Below are positions 17,614 to 28,599 of a stretch of 64,000 nucleotides of DNA, piece by piece. The DNA lies in IMG/VR virus record IMGVR_UViG_3300034104_005687, positions 285,370-349,369 of that record, one strand, 5' to 3'. A program made the position numbers and the translations under genes. The notes under the pieces are model-generated. The model was not told where the DNA came from. It did not search any database and saw only the letters and a program-made list of their open reading frames with translations. The number at the start of each line of letters is the position of its first letter. The stretch's first letter is position 1.

Positions 17614-20280
17614 ATGAGTTATATTGACGCACTATTTGATCGTGAGCACGATCGCATTCATGTTGTAGAACGCCGCGATGGCATTCGCAAATATCAAGAG
17701 TACCCTGCAAATTACGTTTTTTACTACGACGATGCTCGTGGCAAATTTCGCAGTATCTACGGCAATCCAGTTTCAAGATTCAGTTCCAAAAACAACAAAG
17801 AATTTCGCAAAGAAGTGCGACAGCACAGCCACAAGCAGTTGTATGAAAGCGATATCAACCCAATCTTTCGTTGTCTAGAAGACAACTACAAGGGTCAAGA
17901 TGGTCCCAAGCTACAAACAGCATTTTTTGACATTGAAGTAGCATTTGACAAAGAGCGTGGGTTTTCACCTACCACAGATCCTTTCAATCCTATCACAGCA
18001 ATATCAGTGTACCTGGACTGGCTGGATCAACTGATTACTATGGCAGTGCCGCCGCGAGGGTTGAGTTGGGAAACTGCACAGGAACTGGTAGCAGAGTTTG
18101 ACAACACATTTTTGTTTGAACGTGAAGAAGACATGATCAAGATGTTTCTTGACATCATCGATGATGCTGATGTGTTGAGTGGTTGGAACTCCGAGGGCTA
18201 TGATATACCTTACACAGTAAACCGTACCACACGGGTGCTCAGCAAGGATGACACTCGCAAGTTTTGCTTGTGGGGACAGTTGCCCAAAAAACGCATGTTT
18301 GAACGTTTTGGTGCAGAGAACGAAACATACGACTTGATTGGTCGAGTGCATATGGACTATATGCAACTGTATCGCAAGTACACTTACGAAGAACGTCACA
18401 GTTATAGCCTAGATGCCATTGCTGAATACGAACTAGGCGAACGCAAGACACAGTTCGAAGGCACACTGGATCAGTTGTATAATCAACACTTCAAGAAGTT
18501 TATTGAATACAACCGTCAGGACACTGCACTGATCGGCAGACTGGACAAGAAGCTGAAGTTCTTGGATCTGGCCAACGTGTTGGCACATGAAAACACTGTG
18601 CTGTTGCAGACCACCATGGGTGCTGTGGCAGTGACTGAGCAAGCTATTATTATCGAAGCCCACGAACGTGGAGTTGTTGTTCCTAACCGCAAAGAAAGAC
18701 TCGCAGATGAAGACACACAAGCCGCAGGTGCCTATGTTGCTTACCCCAAAAAAGGCATCCATGAATACATTGGCAGTATTGACATCAACTCGCTCTATCC
18801 CTCGGCTATTCGTGCGCTCAACATGGGGCCAGAAACCATTGTTGGTCAACTCAGACCCACGGCAACTGATAAATTGATTCGTGACAACATGTCTCAAGGG
18901 CAAAGCTTTGCTGCTGCCTGGGAAGGCTTGTTTGCCAGCATAGAGTATACTGCTGTGATGGAACAGAATCGCGGCAGCGAAATCACCATTGACTGGCAAG
19001 ATGGCACAGAAAGCACACACTCAGGTGCTGAAATTTGGCACATGATTTTTGATTCTAACCAGCCCTGGATCATGAGCGCCAATGGCACTATTTTCACTTA
19101 TGAACGTGAAGCAGTGATTCCAGGCCTGCTGAAACGTTGGTATGCTGAACGCAAACAAATGCAGGCCAAACTCAAAGAGTGCATTGACTCAGGAGACAAA
19201 GCTGCCGAAGAGTATTGGGACAAGCGTCAATTGGTCAAGAAGATTAACTTGAACAGCTTGTATGGTGCTATTTTGAATCCAGGATGTAGATTCTTTGACA
19301 AACGTATTGGACAGAGTACCACACTCACAGGCCGTAGTATTGCTAAACACATGGATGCGTATGTCAACGAATGTATCACAGGCAAATATGATCATGTGGG
19401 CGAGACCATCATCTATGGCGACACAGATTCGTGTTATTTCTCGGCCTGGCCAGTGTTGCAGAAGTCTGTGGAAGCTGGCGAAATGGAATGGAACAAAGAA
19501 ATTTGCATTCAGCTGTATGATTCAATTGCTGATCAAGTCAACGAAAGCTTTCCTGGATTTATGGAGCAAGCATTTCATTGTCCCAGGGAAATGGGTTCAG
19601 TGATCAAGGGCGGTCGAGAAGTTGTGGCATCAAAAGGACTGTTTATTACCAAAAAGCGATATGCTGTGATGATTGTGGACAAAGAAGGCAAACGTCAAGA
19701 CATCAATGGCAAGCCGGGCAAGGTCAAAGCCATGGGGCTGGATCTAAAACGCAGCGATACTCCCAAAGTGATTCAAGACTTCTTGAGTGATGTATTGCAC
19801 GATGTGCTAACAGATGCCACACGCGATGCTGTGGTTGAAAAAATACGCACATTCAAATATGTGTTTTCAGAACGTCCAGCCTGGGAAAAAGGTTCACCCA
19901 AGCGTGTCAACAATTTGACCAAGTATGGTGCTGCCGAGGCTGCGCAAGGCAAAGCCAATATGCCAGGACATGTGCGAGCAGCACTGAACTGGAACACACT
20001 GCGTCGCATGAACAGCGACAACTATTCAATGCAGATTGTGGATGGCATGAAAACCATTGTGTGCAAGTTAAAGTCGAATGCATTGGGCTGGACATCAATT
20101 GGTTATCCCACTGACGAGCAGAGACTGCCCGCCTGGTTCACAGAATTGCCTTTTGATGACGGGCTCATGGAAGCCACTGTGGTTGACGGCAAAGTTGACA
20201 ACTTGTTGGGTGTGTTGGACTGGGACTTGGCAGCAGCCACCAACACTGAAAACACATTTACCTCACTGTTTAGCTTCTAA
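17614..20280 (+). CDS. Family B DNA polymerase (gp43-like)
   Basis: FFDIEV exo I, DINSLYPS, KINLNSLYG, YGDTDS, KKRYA. Confidence 0.97.
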   Translation: MSYIDALFDREHDRIHVVERRDGIRKYQEYPANYVFYYDDARGKFRSIYGNPVSRFSSKNNKEFRKEVRQHSHKQLYESDINPIFRCLEDNYKGQDGPKLQTAFFDIEVAFDKERGFSPTTDPFNPITAISVYLDWLDQLITMAVPPRGLSWETAQELVAEFDNTFLFEREEDMIKMFLDIIDDADVLSGWNSEGYDIPYTVNRTTRVLSKDDTRKFCLWGQLPKKRMFERFGAENETYDLIGRVHMDYMQLYRKYTYEERHSYSLDAIAEYELGERKTQFEGTLDQLYNQHFKKFIEYNRQDTALIGRLDKKLKFLDLANVLAHENTVLLQTTMGAVAVTEQAIIIEAHERGVVVPNRKERLADEDTQAAGAYVAYPKKGIHEYIGSIDINSLYPSAIRALNMGPETIVGQLRPTATDKLIRDNMSQGQSFAAAWEGLFASIEYTAVMEQNRGSEITIDWQDGTESTHSGAEIWHMIFDSNQPWIMSANGTIFTYEREAVIPGLLKRWYAERKQMQAKLKECIDSGDKAAEEYWDKRQLVKKINLNSLYGAILNPGCRFFDKRIGQSTTLTGRSIAKHMDAYVNECITGKYDHVGETIIYGDTDSCYFSAWPVLQKSVEAGEMEWNKEICIQLYDSIADQVNESFPGFMEQAFHCPREMGSVIKGGREVVASKGLFITKKRYAVMIVDKEGKRQDINGKPGKVKAMGLDLKRSDTPKVIQDFLSDVLHDVLTDATRDAVVEKIRTFKYVFSERPAWEKGSPKRVNNLTKYGAAEAAQGKANMPGHVRAALNWNTLRRMNSDNYSMQIVDGMKTIVCKLKSNALGWTSIGYPTDEQRLPAWFTELPFDDGLMEATVVDGKVDNLLGVLDWDLAAATNTENTFTSLFSF

Positions 20281-21221
20281 TGAAACTGAGTGATTTGGTT
20301 GCCTATAGAAACTTGTTGGAAGAATATTCCCTGGCGGATATTCACCAACAGTCTCGCGGTCAGCTCAATGCTGTGATGCATCAAGTGGTCAACCATGGAC
20401 TACAATTCAAACAGTTCAGCAGGGAACTGGGGCAGGATGCTGCCGCAATTGATTCAGCATTTGTCAAATTTGGTACCACTATCAACGACATCAAACAACA
20501 CCTAGATGTGTTGATTGAGCAACAATATCCCGACATGCTTAGAGAAAGCCTGCGTTGGTTTGAACACGAAAGCATATACGAGGCCACTGACTATGTGCTG
20601 AATCGCAAACTGCATCTTGATCCAGCTAGTCAGGAATTGTTGTTGGGTCGAGTATTGAGATACACTGATTGGCGATTGCCTGGGTTGTGTTTTAGACCTG
20701 GATTAGAAAAATGGGTAGAACACTTGGTACCCTTGGATCCGTTGTATCTGGTAGACCACAACACTGAGTTATTGGCACCAGCAGTGGCAGGGTTTCACGA
20801 GCAGTATCAGCGCAGACTGAGATTGTATACCATTAATGATTGCAACAACAATCAGGCTATTTTATCACAACTACCCAACAATCAATTTGGTTATGTGTTT
20901 GCCTACAACTGGTTCAATTTCAAACCATTGCAGGTAATCGAGCAGTACCTACGTGAACTGTGGCACAAGGTACGACCTGGCGGTACAGTGTTGATGACAT
21001 TCAATGACTGCGATTATGCACATGGTGTTGCACTAGCCGAACGCAATTTTATGTGCTTTACCCCGGGCACACGCATCATGAAGGCTGCCGAAACAGTGGG
21101 GTTTGACACCCTGGATCGACATCGCGGGCTAGGTGATGTAGCCTGGTTAGAATTCCAAAAGCCCGGAAAAATTTACAGCCTGCGCGGCGGCCAAACATTG
21201 GCCAAAATAATTGAGAAATAA
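20280..21221 (+). CDS. Methyltransferase-fold protein
   Basis: KVRPGGTVLMTF motif; translationally coupled to polymerase. Confidence 0.55.
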   Translation: MKLSDLVAYRNLLEEYSLADIHQQSRGQLNAVMHQVVNHGLQFKQFSRELGQDAAAIDSAFVKFGTTINDIKQHLDVLIEQQYPDMLRESLRWFEHESIYEATDYVLNRKLHLDPASQELLLGRVLRYTDWRLPGLCFRPGLEKWVEHLVPLDPLYLVDHNTELLAPAVAGFHEQYQRRLRLYTINDCNNNQAILSQLPNNQFGYVFAYNWFNFKPLQVIEQYLRELWHKVRPGGTVLMTFNDCDYAHGVALAERNFMCFTPGTRIMKAAETVGFDTLDRHRGLGDVAWLEFQKPGKIYSLRGGQTLAKIIEK

Positions 21222-21232
21222 TATCAATTTAG

Positions 21233-21261
21233 TTGAAAAATCTAAATATATCCTGTATAAT
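21233..21261 (+). promoter_or_regulatory. Sigma70-type promoter with embedded TAAATA
   Basis: TTGAAA-17-TATAAT. Confidence 0.7.
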
Positions 21262-21278
21262 TGTTTAAAGGAGAAATC

Positions 21279-22001
21279 ATGAGAGACCATTTGTTAGACC
21301 TAGTACAACACAGCATTGACCTTGGCTGTATCGACATGTTGAAAATTGAGGGCACTGAGACCGAGACCAAAATCATTGGTGTAGGCAATGATCAAAGTGT
21401 GGTGATTGATGGTGTATTCCATCATCCAATTGCTGAGTTTGTGGGATCGTTTGGCATGCCTAATCTGCCCAAACTCAAAACTATTTTGAATCTTGATGAG
21501 TACAAACAAGATGCCAACTTGACCATGAGCCGCAACAACAGCGGTGATCTTGACGGCATTGAATTTGCCAACAAGTCTGGAGACTTTCGCAACACCTATC
21601 GATTCATGGTAGCAAATGTTGTGGCCAGCAAAGTGCCCACACCTAAGTTCCGTGGAGCCAACTGGCACGTTGAATTCCAGCCAGCCGCTGCCAACATTCA
21701 ACGCCTGAAATGGCAAATGAGTGCCAATGCTGAAGAACCCAACTTTCAAACCAAAGTTGAAAACGGCGATTTGAAGTTCAGCTTTGGTGCAGCGGCCACA
21801 CACGCTGGCAACTTTGTGTTTCAATCAGCAGTGACAGGAACACTCAAACGCAGTTGGAATTATCCTGCCGCACAGATTGCCAGCATTTTAGGCAGCAGTG
21901 GCGACAAAACCATGAAACTCAGTGACGATGGTGCTATGCAGATCACTGTGGATTCAGGACTGGCTGTTTACAACTACATCATCCCTGCTCAGACCAAGTA
22001 A
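21279..22001 (+). CDS. Sliding clamp (gp45/PCNA-like)
   Basis: 240 aa, FGMPNLPKLKTIL and YNYIIPA clamp-like patterns, near polymerase; AAGGAG RBS. Confidence 0.7.
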   Translation: MRDHLLDLVQHSIDLGCIDMLKIEGTETETKIIGVGNDQSVVIDGVFHHPIAEFVGSFGMPNLPKLKTILNLDEYKQDANLTMSRNNSGDLDGIEFANKSGDFRNTYRFMVANVVASKVPTPKFRGANWHVEFQPAAANIQRLKWQMSANAEEPNFQTKVENGDLKFSFGAAATHAGNFVFQSAVTGTLKRSWNYPAAQIASILGSSGDKTMKLSDDGAMQITVDSGLAVYNYIIPAQTK

Positions 22002-23635
22002 TGACTGATTCTATTGTTCAAGACAATCTCACAGCCAAGCAGTCAGACTATGCTGTGTTTTTACCAGCTATCTCAGGCTTCTATGCTACCTTTGTAGGAA
22101 AACAAAGGAACGAGCACTATGTGGATCCTGCACGTTTCCCTGCTGGGCTCACAGACATGGAACAGATGAATTGGCTCAACAGCCAAAAAGCCTTGTTTCC
22201 GTATCGTTGGAGTCTGTATTCTGGTGGGCATGCCAACTTGGACTTGAACAAGCAGGACTGGTCAGAGGACATGGTTCGCAACCGAGAGCCCGGCACGTTC
22301 ATCCTAGGCGACTCAGGTGGATTTCAAATTGCCAAAGGCCTGTGGGAAGGCGATTGGAAAGCCAACTCGGGTTGTCCAAAAGCACAAAAGAAACGTGAGT
22401 TGATTCTAAACTGGCTAGACACAGTGGCTGACTACGGAATGATTCTTGATATTCCAACTTGGGTCATTCACGACAAGAAAGCATCAGAAGCCTGTCAGAT
22501 TACCACATTGCAAGAAGCCGTGGATGCCACCAAGTTCAACAACGAATACTTCATGCGTCACCGCAAGGGTGTAAAGAATGGTGGTGCCAAGTTCTTGAAC
22601 GTGTTGCAGGGAGACAACCACACCAGTGCGGATGCATGGTACGAGACCATGAAGGAATATTGTGATCCTGCAAAATATCCAGACACACATTTTGATGGGT
22701 GGTCAATGGGTGGTCAGAACATGTGCGATGTTCATTTGGTGTTGCGACGACTGGTGGCTTTGCGATACGACAACTTGCTGCAACAGGGAGTACATGACTG
22801 GATGCACTTCTTGGGCACATCAAAACTAGAGTGGGCGGTGTTGCTCACTGTTATTCAGAGAGCTGTGAGAAAATATGTCAACCCTGCTTTTACTATCTCT
22901 TTTGATTGTGCTAGTCCATTCCTTGCAACGGCGAACGGGCAAGTCTATTTTGAAAACGTTTTTGAGCACGATTCTAAGTGGTCGTACAGAATGGCGCCGT
23001 CGGCAGACGACAAAAAGTACTCAACAGACACCCGCAAGTGGTCAGACGGAGTAGTACAAGACGGTGTCTATCCACGTTGGGAAGACTCACCAATCAGCAA
23101 CATGCTGAAGATGAAAGACATCTGTATCTACAAGCCAGGTGTGCCCAAAGCAGGTGTTGTTATCACAGAAGAAAACTTCCGTGATCCAGAAATGTATGAT
23201 GTATTGCCTGATGTCAACAAGAACAGCAAGTGGGGTAAGACATCCTGGGACAGTTTCAGTTATGCCTTGCTGATGGGTCACAACGTTTGGATGCATTTGA
23301 CTGCGGTGCAAGAAGCCAACCGACGCTTTGATGCTGGTGAACATCCTGCTATGATGCAACGTTCGGGAGGTGATTACGCCAAGTTTGCGGACATTGTAGA
23401 AGCTATCTTTGCAGCACCAGACCGTGACAGTGCAGAAGCCATAATTGAACACTATGACACATACTGGATGGAGATTGTGGGCACACGCGGATTCAAAGGC
23501 AAAAAGACCAAAAACGCACGTACACAGTTCAACGCATTGTTCAGTTTGGACGAACCCGAGGTTGCACAATCCAATGACGACAGTGTACAATTAGACAACA
23601 ACAAACTCGATCAACTAGAGCAGGATCAACAATGA
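22001..23635 (+). CDS. dpdA: TGT-fold guanine transglycosylase, DpdA-like
   Basis: DSGGFQ, LDIP, NVLQG, HFLG, SFDCAS; folE/queD/queE nearby. Confidence 0.75.
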   Translation: MTDSIVQDNLTAKQSDYAVFLPAISGFYATFVGKQRNEHYVDPARFPAGLTDMEQMNWLNSQKALFPYRWSLYSGGHANLDLNKQDWSEDMVRNREPGTFILGDSGGFQIAKGLWEGDWKANSGCPKAQKKRELILNWLDTVADYGMILDIPTWVIHDKKASEACQITTLQEAVDATKFNNEYFMRHRKGVKNGGAKFLNVLQGDNHTSADAWYETMKEYCDPAKYPDTHFDGWSMGGQNMCDVHLVLRRLVALRYDNLLQQGVHDWMHFLGTSKLEWAVLLTVIQRAVRKYVNPAFTISFDCASPFLATANGQVYFENVFEHDSKWSYRMAPSADDKKYSTDTRKWSDGVVQDGVYPRWEDSPISNMLKMKDICIYKPGVPKAGVVITEENFRDPEMYDVLPDVNKNSKWGKTSWDSFSYALLMGHNVWMHLTAVQEANRRFDAGEHPAMMQRSGGDYAKFADIVEAIFAAPDRDSAEAIIEHYDTYWMEIVGTRGFKGKKTKNARTQFNALFSLDEPEVAQSNDDSVQLDNNKLDQLEQDQQ

Positions 23636-24129
23636 ATCGCAAAGGACACGACCATGTGAATTTTTTCACTGGTACAGAAGTAGAAAAAACTCCTGCATTT
23701 GGCAAACAAACACTGTTTGTGGTAGGTGTGCAAAGTGTCGAAAGTGTTGCACTGAATTTACAAGGCTGCGAACATATCTTTTTTGGAGCCAATCACAGCT
23801 TTGATCCCAAAGACAATCTAGAGTGGGCACGTTGGGAAGGCATGATCGGATACTTTCTTGAGCGTGGTTATTTGTGCAGTTTGGATATTCCCACAAGTGC
23901 TGTAGAGCAATTCAATGACTCGGGCTTGTGCGAATATCGCAACTTTGTGCCACAGATTCGTGTGAGCATTCCGTATATTAAATTGTGGAACTACAACACC
24001 ATGATCAAGATTGACGACAACGATTTTGACGCAACCAATCCCGGCGTATGGACGCACAGCTTGCACAGCCTAATGTCAAAGCGAACGTTCACAGACTGGG
24101 ATCAATACAACAAGGACCAACCTATATGA
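23632..24129 (+). CDS. Hypothetical protein
   Basis: Coupled ORF in operon. Confidence 0.75.
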   Translation: MNRKGHDHVNFFTGTEVEKTPAFGKQTLFVVGVQSVESVALNLQGCEHIFFGANHSFDPKDNLEWARWEGMIGYFLERGYLCSLDIPTSAVEQFNDSGLCEYRNFVPQIRVSIPYIKLWNYNTMIKIDDNDFDATNPGVWTHSLHSLMSKRTFTDWDQYNKDQPI

Positions 24130-24569
24130 ATCAACAACAAAGAGAAACAGTAGAACGCATTATGACTGCGGCAGAGCGTAAAATTTGGATCACGTTTCGC
24201 AAGGAAGGCATTCACTGCTATCCTGCAGCCGCAACTGATCCTGCACTGGCCACAGGCGACGAGTATGATGTGAGCTTTCTTGGCACACCACACCGTCACA
24301 TCTTTCACTTTCGTGTTTGGATCGACGTGATTCACAATGATCGAGACATTGAGTTCATCCAGTTCAAACGCTGGTTAGAGAATCTTTACAGAGACAGTAT
24401 TCTACAGTTGGATTACAAGAGCTGTGAAATGATGGCAGATGATCTATATCTACAGATTGCTGCAAAGTATCCAGATCGTGCGGTCTGGATTGAGGTTGCC
24501 GAAGATGGTGAAAACGGCGCCCTTATAAAGTACGAAACTTACCGCCCTCAACTCAGTGTTAACATTTAA
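24126..24569 (+). CDS. dpdL: QueD-like T-fold protein, DpdL-like (candidate CDG decarboxylase)
   Basis: LGTPHRHIF matches LxxxHRHxF; SCEMMA; EDGENGA. Confidence 0.65.
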   Translation: MNQQQRETVERIMTAAERKIWITFRKEGIHCYPAAATDPALATGDEYDVSFLGTPHRHIFHFRVWIDVIHNDRDIEFIQFKRWLENLYRDSILQLDYKSCEMMADDLYLQIAAKYPDRAVWIEVAEDGENGALIKYETYRPQLSVNI

Positions 24570-24578
24570 GGAAGTATC

Positions 24579-24806
24579 ATGGCCAAGCCTACATTCAAAC
24601 CCAACCAGCGCCTGACTGAGATCTTTGAAGATCTCGAAGTGTTCTTGGAATTCTGCCAAGACTACGGGTATCGTTACAACGAGAGCGATCTCTACAACTT
24701 CAAAAGCTATGCTTGGCAACAGTTTACCAAGTACAGCACCGGCAAGAACGCCAAGAACATGTGGTGGGAAGATGCACGCCGCTTTGCAGGATACCGCCCA
24801 GCATGA
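24579..24806 (+). CDS. Hypothetical protein
   Basis: AAGGA RBS, 75 aa. Confidence 0.7.
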   Translation: MAKPTFKPNQRLTEIFEDLEVFLEFCQDYGYRYNESDLYNFKSYAWQQFTKYSTGKNAKNMWWEDARRFAGYRPA

Positions 24807-26017
24807 GAAAGCTGTTCTACATGGGCTTGGAGAGCTACGAAGCCCGTTACACACTACAGCTCACAGAGTGGAACCGGCGTGTTTTTGAACGCCGTGGCTT
24901 AGACGTTGTGTATGTACCCGGCAACACCATTGACAACACACAGGCCATCTCAGTGGGTCAAGTGTTGGATGCACATGGTCGCAGTTACTTTGCCATGAGC
25001 CAGATGATGAATTTGGTTCAGATGATGAAGAACGGTGATGTCACAGGTGACGATGTGATCTACTTTGAAGACATGTTCCAGCCAGGCTTTGAAAGTCTTG
25101 GCTATATCATGAATCAGATTCCACGTGAACAATGTCCCAAAATCTATGTGCGTTGTTTGGCACAGGCCATTGACCCTGATGACTTTGTGCATGTATGGGG
25201 TATGGCAAAGTGGATGAACTTGTATGAACAAATGGTCAATGAAATGGTGGCTTTCTCGGGGGGTGCAGTATTGGCTACCAATGAGGAAATGGTCGCGCAC
25301 ATGCGCATTGCTGGATGGACTGCTCCAATCTACAACATTTCTGGTCTTGCATTTGGAAAGGCGGAAGTACTGGAGCGGATCGGTGGACTGGAAAAAATCC
25401 AACCGTTTAATCAGCGTTCCCGGAGGGTGGGTTTCGCAGCAAGGTTTGACCAAGAAAAGCAACCTGGCTTCTTTATGGATCTCATTGAAATGTATGGCGA
25501 GCTTACCACGGAGCCATGTGAGTTTGCAATTTACAGTGGCGGACCTTTGCGATCCAACAATCCAGAGTATGTTGAACGTGCCCGCCGTATGGAGGCAGAA
25601 GGCAAACTCCAGATCTATGACAACATAAGCAAGAACGAATACTATGCTCACCTTAACAATACTCGTGTGCTGTTTAATTGTGCTCTACAAGACTGGGTCT
25701 CTAACACAGTTTCCGAGGCTGACACTCTTGGCTGCAATGTTCTTTATCCTGCCTATCGCAGTTTCCCCGAAACTTTTGCAAACGATCCAAACAGGCTTTA
25801 TGTCCCTTGGAGTATAGACGATGCCTACCACAAAATGCAACTACTCTTACGAGAACCGCATCACAACATGGGACTTATTAGCGATTGGAACAATGCCACT
25901 GTGGATCGTGTTGTTGATATCGTTACTGGCATGGGTGAGCAGTGGAATCGAGCGGGCAATCGCTATCGTGACCATGCTGCTCACGAAAAATATCAAGTTG
26001 TAAAGATTGAATCATGA
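24803..26017 (+). CDS. GT-B (GT4-like) glycosyltransferase
   Basis: ARFDQEKQP, EADTLGC..LYP. Confidence 0.75.
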   Translation: MRKLFYMGLESYEARYTLQLTEWNRRVFERRGLDVVYVPGNTIDNTQAISVGQVLDAHGRSYFAMSQMMNLVQMMKNGDVTGDDVIYFEDMFQPGFESLGYIMNQIPREQCPKIYVRCLAQAIDPDDFVHVWGMAKWMNLYEQMVNEMVAFSGGAVLATNEEMVAHMRIAGWTAPIYNISGLAFGKAEVLERIGGLEKIQPFNQRSRRVGFAARFDQEKQPGFFMDLIEMYGELTTEPCEFAIYSGGPLRSNNPEYVERARRMEAEGKLQIYDNISKNEYYAHLNNTRVLFNCALQDWVSNTVSEADTLGCNVLYPAYRSFPETFANDPNRLYVPWSIDDAYHKMQLLLREPHHNMGLISDWNNATVDRVVDIVTGMGEQWNRAGNRYRDHAAHEKYQVVKIES

Positions 26018-26958
26018 ATGTTGTAGTAACAGGCGCTGCTGGCTATATTGGCGGCCAAGTGGCATTGCAGTTGCAAGATGCAGGCCACTCTGTAACAGGC
26101 ATTGACCGCAGACCTTTGCCACAACACCTTCGAGGTATAATGAAGTTTGTGCAAGCAGACTTTGACAGCGACGAGTCCTATAAATTGTTGTTGGATGTGC
26201 AGCCCAATGCTATTGTACATTGTGCCGGTACTAGCCTGGTTGGGCCCAGCATTAAAAAACCTTCAGATTACTACAACAACAATGTGGCCAAGACCCTGCA
26301 CCTGCTTAATTTTATAACACAGGCTTTGCCTCGAACTAGATTTATTTTTAGTTCAAGCGCAGCAGTATACGGTGAACCTATTATGACACCATGTCACGAA
26401 GTTGATCCTTTGCAACCTATCAGTCCCTACGGTCAAAGCAAATTGATGACAGAAATGATCTTGGAGAGCTATCATTGTGCTTATGGGCTGGACTATGTGG
26501 CATTCCGCTACTTCAATGCCTGCGGTGCCGACAGCCAAGCTAGGCATGGACAAGAGACAGGTGCCACGCACATCATTGCCAGGGTGCTGGAAAGCATTAG
26601 AGATCAACAAGATTTTGTGCTCAACGGCATTGACTATGCCACCCCCGACGGAACCTGTGTGCGTGACTATGTGCATGTGGAAGACATTGCTAGAGCACAT
26701 GTCATGGCATTGGATCAGACAGTTCCTGCTGGAGTATACAATCTTGGATCCAACACAGGAACCAGCAACAGAGAAATTATTGACACAGCACAACAGGTCA
26801 CTGGCAGTGCTGTGGTAATTCAAGTAGGCAAAAAGCGAGCAGGCGATCCTCCTGTGCTCACAGCCAGCGCCGCTAAGTTTGAATTGGTTGTAGGTAATTG
26901 GAAACAACACAGCTTGACTGACATGATTCGTCATGCATGGGCCTGGTACAATGTTTGA
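26014..26958 (+). CDS. galE: UDP-glucose 4-epimerase
   Basis: GAAGYIG, FSSSAAVYG, YGQSK, RYFNACG, RDYVHV. Confidence 0.92.
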   Translation: MNVVVTGAAGYIGGQVALQLQDAGHSVTGIDRRPLPQHLRGIMKFVQADFDSDESYKLLLDVQPNAIVHCAGTSLVGPSIKKPSDYYNNNVAKTLHLLNFITQALPRTRFIFSSSAAVYGEPIMTPCHEVDPLQPISPYGQSKLMTEMILESYHCAYGLDYVAFRYFNACGADSQARHGQETGATHIIARVLESIRDQQDFVLNGIDYATPDGTCVRDYVHVEDIARAHVMALDQTVPAGVYNLGSNTGTSNREIIDTAQQVTGSAVVIQVGKKRAGDPPVLTASAAKFELVVGNWKQHSLTDMIRHAWAWYNV

Positions 26959-27535
26959 TAAGATCTTAAAATTTGAACAAGAGTTGGCCGAGTTTACCGG
27001 CGCACCTTATGCCATCATGACCGACTGTTGCACACATGCTATCGAACTGTGCTTGCGACATGACCGGGTGCGTGAAGTGGTGATGACTCCATATACCTAT
27101 CTCAGCATACCTATGACCATGCACAAGTTGGGCATCAAGTATTACTACAAAGAAGAAGAATGGACGGGCGAATATCGTTTTCACGGTACTAGAATCTGGG
27201 ACTCAGCACGAAGACTTGAAAAAGATATGTATCGTGCTGGATCAATGCAGTGCTTGAGTTTTGGATACACCAAGCCCTTGCACATAGGTCGTGGTGGCGC
27301 TATCTTGTTGGACGATTTAGCCGCATACAAAACTATAATTCGTCAACGCTACGATGGTCGAGATCTTGATATCTCGCCCTGGCAAACTCAAAAAACATTT
27401 CATGTGGGCTATCACTACAAACCCACGCCCGAAGAAGCAGAAATTGGCAGTGCGTTGTTGGTAGGTCTGCGGGAAAGCAAACCCAACCCTGTGCCAGTAC
27501 TTTACCCTGACTTACGCAATATAACTATTGTATGA
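26951..27535 (+). CDS. DegT/DnrJ-like sugar aminotransferase (short)
   Basis: CTHAIEL, DSA, SFGYTKPL..GRGG. Confidence 0.75.
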   Translation: MFDKILKFEQELAEFTGAPYAIMTDCCTHAIELCLRHDRVREVVMTPYTYLSIPMTMHKLGIKYYYKEEEWTGEYRFHGTRIWDSARRLEKDMYRAGSMQCLSFGYTKPLHIGRGGAILLDDLAAYKTIIRQRYDGRDLDISPWQTQKTFHVGYHYKPTPEEAEIGSALLVGLRESKPNPVPVLYPDLRNITIV

Positions 27536-28548
27536 ATTGTATACGTCGACAACATTCAGGGTTGCTGCATTATGGTGCATTGCATCTTGCCCCAGGTCAT
27601 ATTGACACTGTGGAACAAGTTGAATCTATAGTGCTCAGAGATCTCAATGACAGTGGTCTAACCATTGATGATTTAAAATCCAATACTTTGTTGTTGGACT
27701 TTAGGTGCGAAGGACAATGTGACAAACTTGTCAAGAATATAATCACATATTTTCGCAGTGTTCCAGTGATGGATATAGCCGTGATATTCAATGCCAAGGT
27801 CAATGTTGATGAGTTAGATTATCTCGCAGTGTCAGATCCCGAAACTCTGGTAGATCATCAACAATGGTTTACTTTGCTAAAACAACATGCATTGATTCAG
27901 GACACAGACTGTGACTTTTTGTGTCTAATGCGTAGACCCAGTCATACCAGGGCAAAACTGGCCAGTCGACTTTTAAAAGAAGTTGGTAGTTTAAGAATCA
28001 GTTTTGGATCTATGTACCAGTCGCCGGGTTGGCTTGTTGACTATCAACATTATTTTTCTGACCACTCATTGCCGTTGTTGTTGGATGGTATAACTGTTAG
28101 AGATCACCGCAAACTGGAGTATCAAGTTGACAGTGCACTATTTAGAAAGTGTGCTGTAAATATCATTGTTGAAAGTTCCAGTCAGACAGGTACAGATAGT
28201 TGGCACAGTATTTTTGTCACAGAAAAAACGTTCAAGGCTTTTGGAATGCTGCAATTGCCAATTTGGTGGGCAGTACCCGGAGTGGTAGACTGTGTGCGAA
28301 ACATGGGATTTGATGTGTTTGACGACATAATTGATCACAGTTACGACCAAGAACACAATGAAGATCTAAGATTTGAAATGTTGATCAAACAGATCAAACA
28401 GTTGGAATCTAAAAATCTTGCACAACTCAGAACTGAATTGATGCCTCGCCTCATAGCCAATTGGGAAACACTTGATCATAAATGCAATGCTAATTTTGGG
28501 CAATTTCGACGCATATTAAAAGATTTAAATCTTGACACTGCAATCTAA
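27532..28548 (+). CDS. Putative GT-B-like phage protein (ET..EK family)
   Basis: FVTEKTFK, GFDVFDDIIDHSYD. Confidence 0.6.
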   Translation: MNCIRRQHSGLLHYGALHLAPGHIDTVEQVESIVLRDLNDSGLTIDDLKSNTLLLDFRCEGQCDKLVKNIITYFRSVPVMDIAVIFNAKVNVDELDYLAVSDPETLVDHQQWFTLLKQHALIQDTDCDFLCLMRRPSHTRAKLASRLLKEVGSLRISFGSMYQSPGWLVDYQHYFSDHSLPLLLDGITVRDHRKLEYQVDSALFRKCAVNIIVESSSQTGTDSWHSIFVTEKTFKAFGMLQLPIWWAVPGVVDCVRNMGFDVFDDIIDHSYDQEHNEDLRFEMLIKQIKQLESKNLAQLRTELMPRLIANWETLDHKCNANFGQFRRILKDLNLDTAI

Positions 28549-28560
28549 ATACATTACAAT
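28532..28560 (+). promoter_or_regulatory. Sigma70-type promoter
   Basis: TTGACA-17-TACAAT. Confidence 0.75.
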
Positions 28561-28599
28561 AGCACAAAGACATCCACGTCATTAACTCGGAGAACTGAA

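Noticed and set aside
17614-20280. Intein or intron in the DNA polymerase
   Set aside because: Continuous 888-aa ORF of normal size with no splicing motifs.
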